Shown: piece after piece, positions 53,200-64,000 of the stretch
Layout of the letters: every line of letters begins with the position of its first letter
Numbering within the stretch: position 1 is the first letter of the stretch
NCBI GenBank assembly: GCA_021613535.1
Contig: CP075496.1
Span: forward strand, 14,384,001 to 14,448,000
DNA length: 64,000 nt
Source: Adineta vaga
Taxonomy: Eukaryota > Animalia > Rotifera
Direction: 5' to 3'
Made by a program: the position numbers and the translations under genes
Notes under the pieces: model-generated
The model's database searches: none
Seen by the model: the letters and a program-made list of their open reading frames with translations, nothing else
What the model was told of the DNA's origin: nothing

Positions 53200-54194
53200 C
53201 TTCGTTGTTGAAGCAGTCACGAAAATGTTGCAGAACAGAGCGACATGCTTTGCGACACATTTCTTCTGTTATCTCGTCGCAAGCTTGTTCAATTCTTTCT
53301 TGAAGTCCTGTAATATTAGCGAATGGCTCTTTAAACACAATGTTTTTCAAATAGCTCTAAAGAAAGAAATCACAGGGACAAATTAAATCTGGTGAACGAG
53401 CTGGTCAGTCGAATGGACCACGTCTACCTATCCACCGATCTGGGAATTTCTTATCCAGCCATTTTCGAACAACAATAACATAATGAGCTCCAGCTACATC
53501 ATATTGAAAGTAAAAGTTTTTCTTTTTCAACCGAGGCCATGCATAATTAACCAGCATTTCTTTGTACAATGGACCAATAACGATATCATTGAAAAAATAT
53601 GGACTAACGAGTCCATTAGAACTTATTCCGCATCAAACCATGATCCCTTGCTGCGTATTTGGCACTTCAAATTTGAAGTGTGTATTTTCTCTTGACCAGT
53701 AAGTGCAATTATGTCGATTGACGCTTGTATTCATATTAAATTTGGCTTCATCGGTCCAGAATAGGTTGTCGATTAGACCAGGATCTTCCACGAATTTCTC
53801 GATCCATGATTCGCAGAACTCGCTACGACGATCGAAATCATTGTCATTAAGCTCGACTATGAACGCAGGACGGTTAGGTTTAAAGCCAAGTTGTTTCATT
53901 GCTACTTAATAACTGCTTTTGCTTATACCTGCTCGATCAGCACCTAAACGAACTGATAATTATGGATTGCTAGTGATCATTTCTTCAATCTCGTCTAGTT
54001 TTTCTTCAGAAAGTATACTTGACGGTCGACCACTGCGTGGTAAACTTTTTATTGATTGACAAAATTGTGATTAGTTGAGGTAGAGTTGTATCAAAATAAT
54101 TGGTCCATACTCTTTGTATGTTAGTTGCATTTCCAAACTTTGAAAAAAGTCGTACAATCGCGGCTCTTTCATCAGTGATACGAGCCGCATACAT
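53200..54194 (-). pseudogene. Transposase pseudogene (stops and frameshifts)
   Basis: N-terminal HTH region (ERAAIVRLF...), LFWTDEAKF, NRHNC.YW, FQYD..GAHY, RWIGRRG and PARSPDL..PCDFF. About 41-42 residues separate the 2nd and 3rd Asp. Confidence 0.85.
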
Positions 54195-54456
54195 ACTAAA
54201 GAAACGTAAGTGATATAAGTAATACGATGTGCAGTATCACCACATGGATTATCTTTTATACCATTGTTTTTCATCTTTTCTTTATCTCTAAATCTGCGTG
54301 CTTTGACTTACGTGAATGATGTACATATAGATACTTCTGTATCGGCTACATGTTTTAAAACGAAACAAAGTGAGATAACGGCCAAACTTAACAATTGATC
54401 TGATTTTAGCACGAGACACAATAATAAGGCTACTTTGAATGATAAACAGGTCCTCA

Positions 54457-56436
54457 CCCAGGTCAACCAATACTACGATCGTAAACGGCCGTAAAAAACC
54501 GTTATCTTCGAAATTCCAAAATCGCTTCACTCGAATTTCAATAGGATTTCACGACGATTACACCAAATCTTGCAATCCTTTTTGCATTTCATTTGCAAAA
54601 GGTCTATATACTTATATAGACCAATATCTGCAAAAAAAAAGATGAATGTAATTTGCACAAAATCCAGATTTCGGATATTTCAATTACTGCTGTTCCGTCG
54701 GAGAGTAAAGAAATTTACACAGTGATGAGATGTTTAGGAACGAAGACTATTGTATATATTTCTTGTATGTCATTGTGATTATATCAAAAGCCCTTGTGTA
54801 CGGTGAAATGTTGTTTAAATAGAACTTGAATCAGAGTGCGTTTGTCATAACTATAGCCGCTTGAAGTTTAGTTGAGTCTTGAACGATCCAGAGTTATAAA
54901 CAGTTTCAGATACATGAGTTTGGAGTTTTCGAGGCTCATCACATTATCAATGACGCTGCTCAGTGGATCGAGAAATTGTCTCTTGTATTCAATAACTGCT
55001 AAACTGGAAGGAATCTCGATATTGACCCATATGTATTTGAACTTCTGATGGACCGATGTGATATATTGTGTAGATTGTAGAAATGCTTTTGCTTTGGATA
55101 TTGCTTTGTTGAATATGATAATCTCTAGACGGATTTGAATTAGGTGTGCATAGGATTTCTGATATCCTGTAGGGTAGTAAAATACTGTTAAGCGATATGA
55201 TATTAGTAATATATTGAAGTCAATAAGTGTCTGATATTGAAACACGTCTTTTCAGAAGAAAGATATATCGCATATGTCAACAAGGAACCAACAAAAAGTG
55301 TTAATATAAGGTATCATTCATCCATAAGAAAGCAATCGAACTTGGTTTAAATGCGATAAACATTCAAAAGAATCAAAAAATGGCGTCTGAAATAGAATTG
55401 TATTTTCTTTGGCTGCTTCTAATCTTGCTATGATTGCACGAAAGTTGCAGGTTTCAACAGGATTTCATCGGATTTGCGATAGAATTTCACCAGGATTTCA
55501 ATAGGATTTGATTGGGATCTCACTAGATTTCATCAAGATTTATCTTAAGTTCTGCTGAAGTATCAGAATTGGATATACTGTGTTACATAAATCGAAAAGG
55601 ATTACGTACGTCCGCGAACAAATTCTTACTTCGTATGTAAAGAATATAGTGAATTATATAGACGAATATCCGTAAAACAAAGAAGTGAATAGAAGCTGAA
55701 CCAAATGCGAATTTCAAGATCTTGATAAACAGTGTTGCTAGACTCTTTGACGTATACCAGTATTGGCATTTTGATTCATAGGGTGTTGAGAATGCTTTTT
55801 CGGTAATGATGAAGCTAACCACTAATTGAACCCTATATCAAGTGAATGAAAGACGACCACCATCTCAGTACAAAAGTCATCTGATTGATAGTTTTCTGGA
55901 TGTTGTAGAAGACAAAAATAACATTAAATGTGTTTATTGTATTTTTGTATAGAGTTATTGATGTGTGTTTTTATTTTATCATGGTACGACGATGAAGCTG
56001 AAATCACGAAAATATTTTCGTAGAAAAAGACACATATATCTTACAAACAGGAATATATAATGATGATGCGATAGAGAATAAGAGGAATCCATAATTGTGC
56101 AGCCGAACAAAACTTTTAGTAAGAAAATTTGAAATTTGAAAGTTTTATTTGGTTGATTTGTTAACAGAAAATTTAAAGGCAGTGTTTGTGGCGGCTACAA
56201 AGCATAAAGAGTTGTATTGACCTCAGCAGATTTTCTGAATTATTTTTTCATATTACGAAATTTTGGAAGGGTTTTAGGAAACTGAAGTCTTCTAGAGGCA
56301 AAATCCTGATTTCACCAGTATATTTTATAGAATATTTAGTTCATTATCGTAAACGACTGTCTTGAACAGTCACTGTAAACAGCCACCATTTTTCGTCGTA
56401 AATCGTCTGTGTACGGGCGGGCGACTTTGACCTGAG
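54457..56436. mobile_element. ~2-kb non-autonomous element nested in the mariner copy
   Basis: Ends CCCAGGTCAA ... TTGACCTGAG, CA on both flanks, and subterminal CGTAAACG-type repeats at both ends. Confidence 0.55.
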
Positions 56437-56777
56437 CATCATAGCTGACTAGCCATGTATCGAAGAAAAGTGTACAGAGTTCATCCTCATAAATGACCTA
56501 TTCCGTCATGAATAAAAACTGCTACCTATCCTCTACCTTCCGAAAAAAAGTTCAACTCATTTGGTTGAAAAGTCATGAAAATATTCAAATGTCTTGTCCA
56601 ACTCTAGTAACTTAGTGGACACTTTGTATCAGACTTGAAACCGATCTGACTTTTTCTGACTGGATCGGACCGCCCGATCTGGTTCCAAGTCTACTCTGTA
56701 TTTGACTGGTCATGGATCAGCGACTGAACGGTGCCATAAAATTTTTTGTTATTTGATCTTTGACCTTTGATTCTAAC

Positions 56778-57124
56778 CAGAGATGGGCAAGTCAAGTCAA
56801 GTCGGACTTGACTTCAGTTGACTTGGGACTTGGACCTATGTAACAAGTCAAGTCAAGTCCAAAAATATATCGTGTAAAAATCTTTTATGTACTTCAATTG
56901 TGCTTTCTAGTTTGAAAATGTAACAGGAAAATATAACCAACATCAATAATTATTTCCTCAGAGTAGATGTATCTTGAAATAAAGACAGGATTCGGATACG
57001 TTAGAAGTCTTTTTCAGTTTTCATAGGTTATCTGACTTTCCAATCAATTAATTTTAATATGACTTGGCTTGAATCCTGACTTGACTTGATTTGAGGCAAA
57101 AAGTCGCTGACTTGCCCATCTCTG
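56778..57124. mobile_element. hAT-type MITE
   Basis: 17-bp perfect TIR CAGAGATGGGCAAGTCA / TGACTTGCCCATCTCTG and 8-bp TSD ATTCTAAC (56770-56777, 57125-57132). CAAGT/GACTT subterminal repeats are present. Confidence 0.92.
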
Positions 57125-57534
57125 ATTCTAACACAAATGTACACAAACTAATTTTTTTCCATATGATCCTGTCTACAGTCGAACGAACAATATCTGCGAC
57201 TGTTCCAACCAGATAAATTGTTCCTTTAGTTCTTTCATCTTAGAGACTCTTTAATGTCTCAGGTAATTCTGATGATGACGAAGAATATTTTCGTTTCGGC
57301 ATTGGTTGTGCTCTTAGACAACGATCCTAACTGATCACTGGTGATATTGATAACTTATGTTTTCATTAGAATAAACAAAGAATTTGAATTTTTATTTTTC
57401 TATTAAATTTCACAGAAAAAATATCATTCGTTTTTGTTTTATTCTTCTATCAAATATATTTTACACACAAATAAGAAAAGGAAAAAAGAAAATAATTGTT
57501 TATCATTAATCAATGATCGGAAGAGATATTTGAT

Positions 57535-59743
57535 TTAAACTCGAGGTTGTAATTGTCTTAAGCGTTTGTTTTCTGCTCGAAGTCGTTCGATTTCATCGAT
57601 TAATTGTGCATTTAATGAATGAGATTCAATCTGTGTCGTTAAATCATTCTAAAAAGAGGAATTTTATTTTCTCGTTCGTTTCAAATAATTGTGTATATAT
57701 ATTATTTACTCGAAGTTTTTCTAATTCCACAATAAAATTCATTTGCATTGAAAGTTTAGTTCGATTAAGATCATCTTTAAAATCTTCACGTAAACAATTT
57801 ACACGATTATCTAACATTGTTTTTAATGATTCATCAATTTCATTTGTTTTATCTAATTGATTTTTGTTTCAAATGGTTATTTAAATAAAATACGAAACTT
57901 ACTATGACCATTTTCAATGGGAGTACGTGCAGAAATACCACATAATTGTGCAAAATCTTCAAAACTCATACAATCATTTGTATTTCCAATAAAATTTGAC
58001 TAAAATAATTCATTGAATGAAATCTATTTGAAGAAAACAAAAACATTTACTGTTTGTTCTGGACGATCATTAAGATCTAAAATATATCTCGAAGAAATCA
58101 AATGAGACAAATCAAAATCAATAATCAACTTACGTTGTCGTGGAGATGATGAACCTAAAACAAATAATAACAAAGAATTATGTATTTTTATATAGTTAAG
58201 AAAAAGATTACTTTGATCATTAATTGTTGAATTCATTGATGATATTGTTGGTGTACTGGATTTATTTGTTGTAGATGAAAGTGAAGAAAGTGTTCGTTCA
58301 CGTGATTGTGCTGTTCGTGGTTGTGTTCCATATGATCGATTTGTTGTTGTTGTTGTTGTTGGTATTGTTGTTGATTCAACAGTTGTCGGAGATTGGATTG
58401 AAGAAGATGAGGTATGACGAGAACGTGTTGTTTGTTGTGCAAATGTACTCATACCTTTACTTGTCTACAAAGAAATATATATGATTTAAATTCATTTAAA
58501 TAATGAAAACTAAACAAACCTCTTGTGAAATTGTTGTTGGTCTTTGAAGAGTTGATGTTTGTGATGTTTCAAATCGAACTGAATAAACATTTCCATGATC
58601 TGAATTAACTAAATGTGCTAATTTATTCTTCGGATCACGTAAATCATAAACAGCTGCATTTTGTCCCATTGTTCCAACAGCAACTAATGAACCATTAGGA
58701 TGAAAATCAACACTTGTTAATGGTGCATAAATACTTATTGTTGATAAGATTCTTTGAAAAAGAATATTAAATTAATTTAGAAAAATCAAAATTAAATTTA
58801 CTTTTGTTGAACAACATCGAAACAACAAAGTGATCCATCCATTCCTGCAGTAACAAGAAATGCATCATGATGTGGTGAAAAAGCTAAATCTGTTGCTGGT
58901 GCTTTATGTGAATGTATTGATATGATTAATTCTTTTAAACGATAATTCCATAATGATAATAAACCATCATTGGATGTTGTTGCTATTAATTCTTTATGTG
59001 GTGACCATTTGATGGATGACATTGCACCTAACTATTTCGAAAAAAAACGAGATATATTTATTATTTTATTCTATAAAATCAAAATTACTTTATTTCCATG
59101 TTTCATTGTAAATGCAGAAAAACTTTGTTTTGTTAATTGATTGTAGAGAAAAACATTTCCTTTTCGTGTTCCACATGCAACATATGAATCTCCATTACCC
59201 CAACAAATACATTCCATTGGTGATTGATCAACACTCTTTAATAACAGAAGAAGAAATATTTCTCTTTATGAAAAAATACTTTTATTTTACATTAAATGTT
59301 TGTGCAACTCTTCCTGAATTAACATCCCAAATTTGTGTTTGACAATCTTCATTTGTTATTCCAAGATATTTTCCAGATGTACTAAATGAACACCATTGAG
59401 CTTTCGTCTAAGAATAAAGAAATAAATATATAAATACTTTACTATTTATTAAATCAAATGTAATCATACTGTTGAAAGTTCAACTGATTTATTCTTCTGA
59501 ATATCATATAACTGAACACGTCCAGTTTGTCGATATGTAAAAACAAGATAATTTGCTAAAATAAAAATAAAATAAAGTAAAATGATGAACATCGTTTCTC
59601 AATTGATTTATACAATTATCTTTTTTCCAATCAATTGATTTAATTGTATCGGTTGATGGTAAATGATCCTGACCAAATTCATTAACAAGTGTATAATCTT
59701 GACTATTCCATAATTGCAAAATAGTACTACATGTTGCTAACAT
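57535..59743 (-). CDS. NEDD1: NEDD1/GCP-WD (gamma-tubulin ring complex targeting WD40 protein); multi-exon
   Basis: WD40 repeats with HKAPATDLAFSPHHDAFLVTAGMD, a Ser/Thr-rich linker and C-terminal LIDEIERLRAENKRLR. Confidence 0.85.
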
Positions 59744-61505
59744 TCTTTTCTTTTTCGTTCATATGATGATGACTCAATTCTCAATCTCAATCGATTTCAT
59801 CCAAATCCACGATTTATTCATTTCGTTTTTTTGTCGAGAAAAATATTTCTTTTCGTTTAAAAATTATTTTGTTTTAGAAAAGAAAAGTTTTTAATGAAAT
59901 TAAAAATGAGATTTATGAAAATAAAGTGACATCTATTGAATATTTCATTGGTAAGTGCAATTTTCAATAGCACAATCTGACTGTCATTGCAAACATCTGT
60001 GAGAAGTGATACATTCGTTAGTTTTAAAGTCGTTATTTGTACAACTGTCGGACTTCAACGAAATTTGTATAATTTCTTCATAATTCTTTCGAATTTTTAT
60101 TGATAAATTGTATATGTTAATGCCTTTTCTGTACAATCCACTCATCTTCTCTTACAAAACTGAAAGAGAGAAAGAGAGAGTTTTAATTGTTACGATTCAA
60201 TGAATTATTTTTTCTTTCACTATACAGTAAACATATTTTCGAAGGAATGAATCGTTGTAATCAATGGCTGCTGTTTGTGTCATTTATATTAATGAGAAAG
60301 TAAAGAGATGCAATAACTTAGAACTAAAGCTATAAAATCCACGAAAAATCGAGATTGAGATAGAAGTTCTTAAGCTACATTAAAGCAATTAGAAAATCAT
60401 GCAAAAAGTTAACTTACTCTGATTTCTTCCTAGAGATAAGATTAGTTTTAAAATAGTGTGCTATGTTTAAAAATCACGAATGAAAGTGTAGAAATCCTAG
60501 AAAAGCGTATAATGCCAAATTACTACTGTAAATCTTGCTTAAAAATAAATTCGAAAAAAACCCATAGATGATAAATCACACTTGAATCTTTTTTTCAATC
60601 AATTAATTTAACTGTATCGGTTGATAGTATCAACGTCCTTTTTTTACTGGCAAACTATCAAATGGAATTACATATCAATATGAACGAAGAAAACTTCATC
60701 CACCATTACCCAGCTTTAAGATGAAAACATTGACCACTGCAATTAATCAATATCGATGAGTAGCTATCGTTAATAATAAGTCTTAACCTGAATGAAAAAA
60801 TATTTGAAGAGCGATGTATAGCTGATAAAAGAACGAACGGACCTTGATAAGAACAATACAAAATATATTTAAAGCGAATAAAATGAAAAGAATCAATCTT
60901 GAATATTACAGATCTGTTCACTAATGGTAATGAATTTATCTATTTATTAAATATTTTTTCCAATTAAAATACGAGTTATTATAAACAAAAAGAAATGGTT
61001 ATATGCTGCAGTATGATTTTTTTTATTATCATATTGTGACTGGTCACGTTTTTTTTTATTTCTTCGCATTTCTTTCTTTGCAGTACGTTCGTGGATATTA
61101 TTCGAATTATCGTGTTGGCTGCTAAGTGCATCAGAATATCTTCCAAAATTTCAACCTTAGATGATCCTGTGATGATCAGTTTCAAATACAACCACGTACA
61201 CATCACTGATGCGACTTTGATCTTGAATATTTCGTCGAACACCTTATAGAAATGTGATGCTTTCATCAAAAAGATTATCAGCAGTTATCGAGGAATTTTT
61301 CCCCATATCTATAAATTTGTTGAAGACGAATTATTTCGTGTATACAACAAAAGAAAAAGAATCAAGTGACATCTGTAAAACATTTAAAAAGATCTATTAT
61401 TGGTCAATAGAATGAGTGATGACCTTCATCGTATCGTTTCATTCTGTTTCTTTCTTTTTTTTATGTCATTCAAAATTGAATGAAAAACGAAAGTCAAAAT
61501 CGAAA

Positions 61506-64000
61506 ATGATCTATTCGTCGATTTTATTTCTTATTTTTATTCAATTAACATCAACTCAATTTAGTGTTTAGGGTCAAACAATCATTCCATTTAGTATTTA
61601 TAATACAGATGGAAATCCTAATAATATTATAACAAACAGTAATAACATTTATATTAGTTCTTATGAAAAGATAAAATCATAAAAATTCTTCTTCTTCTTA
61701 ATTTTAGTTCGTTGGTGTTGTGTTAATGAACGTGAATTTGAAAAATGTTCAACATGGGCAAATGCATTATTATCATCGAATATAACTCGTTCATCACTTG
61801 CTTGTATTGCTGGATTAGATAAATTTGATTGTTATCGAAAAATATTTAATGATGAAGCTGATTTAATGACTGCTGATTCAGGTGAAATTTATACAGCTGG
61901 AAGATATTATAATCTTGTTCCAATTGCCAATGAACTTTATTCACCTGTATTTAATGGTCCAACTGCTAATACATATTATTCTGTTGCTGTTGTTCGTGCT
62001 GGTTCAACGATAAATCTGAATAATTTACAAGGTGCTCGTTCATGTCATTCATCGGTTGGTTCATCATCTGGATGGAATCAACCTATATCACAATTATTAC
62101 GTGATCGTCGTTTAAATATTATCGATTGTAATAATCATGTTAAATCAGCTGCATTATTATTTGGTTCAATGTGTGCACCAGATGCATTAAATCGACAATT
62201 TAATCCCACAGGTGATAATCCATCAACTGTTTGTGATCTTTGTCAAGGTTCAACTGGAAATACATTTTGTACAAATCAAGATCCATATGCTGGAAATATA
62301 GGTGCATTAATGTGTTTATATAATCGTGGTGATATTGCTTTTGTTCGACATACAGCATTAATTGAATTACAAACACGTGATCCATCATTTCCTATTGATC
62401 AATTTCAATTATTATGTACAAATGGTCAACGTGTTCCTTGGCAACAATTTCAACAATGTAATTGGGTAAGGGAAATTTCTTTTAATTAAACAAAATATAA
62501 ATTTGAAATTCTTATTTAAAAAAGGGTATTGCACCAGCTTCAGCAATTCTCGTATCACATCGTCGTCCAAAACAGTTACGTGATATTTATCGGAAACTTT
62601 TATCTGATTCAGCAAGATTTTTTTCTGCACAAAATCCAACATTTCAATTATTTAATTCTCAACGTTTTCAAGGAAACGATTTACTTTTTTCTGATGCAGC
62701 TATTGATTTTAATTTACTTGATGATAAAACATCCTATACAAATTATCTTGGTAAGATGATTCTTTTCGTGTCACATCTGTTACTAATCGATTATTAAACA
62801 AAACATTTCTTTTTGTCCTTAACATACATCATTAGAAATGATTCTTTTTCTACTAGAAAATACGCATAAGTTCAGATTATTAAAAAGATTTTTCTTTTAG
62901 GAGTTGAATATTTGGGAATGTTATCTCGTTTATATGAATGTCCATTACGTGTTTTACGTTGGTGTGTATTATCTGCTTATGAAAAAGAGAAATGTCGTTT
63001 AATGAAAAATGCATTTGCACGTAAAAATATTAAACCAGATGTTGATTGTATCTCAGGTAAAAATGCAATGGAATGTATGTCGAAAATTCGTCAAGGTATT
63101 GCTGATATAATAACACTTGATGCAGCTGATGCATATCGTGCACAACGTTATTATCAATTGGTTCCATTAGCTGCTGAAGATTATGGTGTTGATATGGAAT
63201 CGAATGTAATGTATGCTGTTGCTGTTGCTAAACGAACAGATTTAACAACTAATTTATGGAATTTACGTGGTAAAACAATTTGTTCAACAGCAATGGGAGA
63301 TTTAGCTGGTTGGCATGTTCCTGTTGATTATTTAACGGCGATTAAAGAAACTTATGTAACAAGTTGTCATATTAATAAAGTTGCTGGTTTGTTTAAATTA
63401 AATTTGAATTTCTTTTCTTTTTTTATAATAATTTCTTTTAAGGTGAATATTTTGGACGAAGTTGTGTTCCAGGTGCTCTTGATTATGATTATAATCGTTT
63501 AAAAACAAATCCACGTGCTTTATGTTTAAAATGTTACTCTAAAGGATCAGATTATTGTTCACGTTCACAACGTGAAATGTTTTATGGAAGTTCAGGAGCA
63601 TTTCGTTGTTTAACCGAAGGTAAAATAATAAATCAAATCAAATATTTAAATAAAATTTTTTTCTTTTTTTAAAAAAAAAGGAACTGGTGGTCATGTTGCA
63701 TTTGTAATGCATACAGCTGTTTTATCAAATACAGATGGAAGAAATGTTGATCAATGGGCACGTCCATTACGTGCAATTGATTTTGAATTATTATGTAAGA
63801 ATGGTACAAGAAAAACCATTGAAGCATATAAAAGTTGTCATATGCTTAAAGTTCCTGCACGAGTTTTAATGACTTCAAGTAAATAGATTTTGTTCTTTTC
63901 TCTATTTTCCTTTTATTTCTTTTTAGCTTTATTACCTGACTTAGATAAACTTTATATATGGAATATGCTTAATTTTGCTCAACAATTATTTGGATCTGAT
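61506..64000 (+). CDS. Transferrin/melanotransferrin-like bilobal protein, runs off the window end
   Basis: IRWCCVNEREFEKC, YYSVAVV, GARSCHS...SGWNQP and GDIAFV in lobe 1. Lobe 2 has LRWCVLS..EKEKC, ITLDAAD and GAFRCL. The signal-peptide exon has an in-frame TAG at 61569-61571. Confidence 0.88.

Larger units (their letters stand above)
52901..56626 (-). mobile_element. Decayed Tc1/mariner-superfamily DNA transposon (DD41D-like) with ~170-bp TIRs
   Basis: TIRs at 52901-53070 and 56458-56626, with TA flanks and transposase remnants inside. Confidence 0.9.

Noticed and set aside
6042-64000. Iron theme (FBXL5 plus transferrin-like gene) as a functional cluster
   Set aside because: The genes are 53 kb apart with unrelated genes between them, and the transferrin lacks iron ligands.
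1-64000. CRISPR arrays, rRNA or tRNA genes
   Set aside because: No regularly spaced repeat-spacer array or recognisable structural RNA gene was seen by eye.

Overview
AT-rich animal DNA with many ~50-60 bp GT-AG introns. It is most consistent with a bdelloid rotifer, inferred from intron size, a bdelloid-type F-box family, MITE types and foreign-looking genes. 1-30 kb is gene-dense: an unknown membrane protein, SPAG6 (with an antisense secreted-peptide ORF nested in an intron), FBXL5, TAF3, PPIL1, a class A GPCR, MINDY3, a CLOCK-like bHLH-PAS gene and a prominin-like gene. 30.7-35.0 kb holds a convergent pair of intronless, probably horizontally acquired genes: an actinobacterial/fungal-type protein and a highly divergent phosphoenolpyruvate carboxylase, an enzyme not normally found in animals. 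39-57 kb is a rearranged, TE-rich zone with TRABD and a near-identical partial duplicate, a coiled-coil gene with an HEPN-like RxxxxH motif and its decayed paralogue, an F-box pseudogene, a decayed Tc1/mariner element with a nested insert, and several MITEs. The window ends with NEDD1 and a transferrin-like gene lacking most iron ligands. The main leads are (1) the divergent PEPC/HGT pair, (2) an operon-like FBXL5-TAF3-PPIL1 cluster with poly(A) signal/U-tract/acceptor spacers, (3) the nested antisense peptide gene and (4) the HEPN-like protein. All calls come from manual motif recognition. No database searches were run, and exon boundaries are hand-derived.
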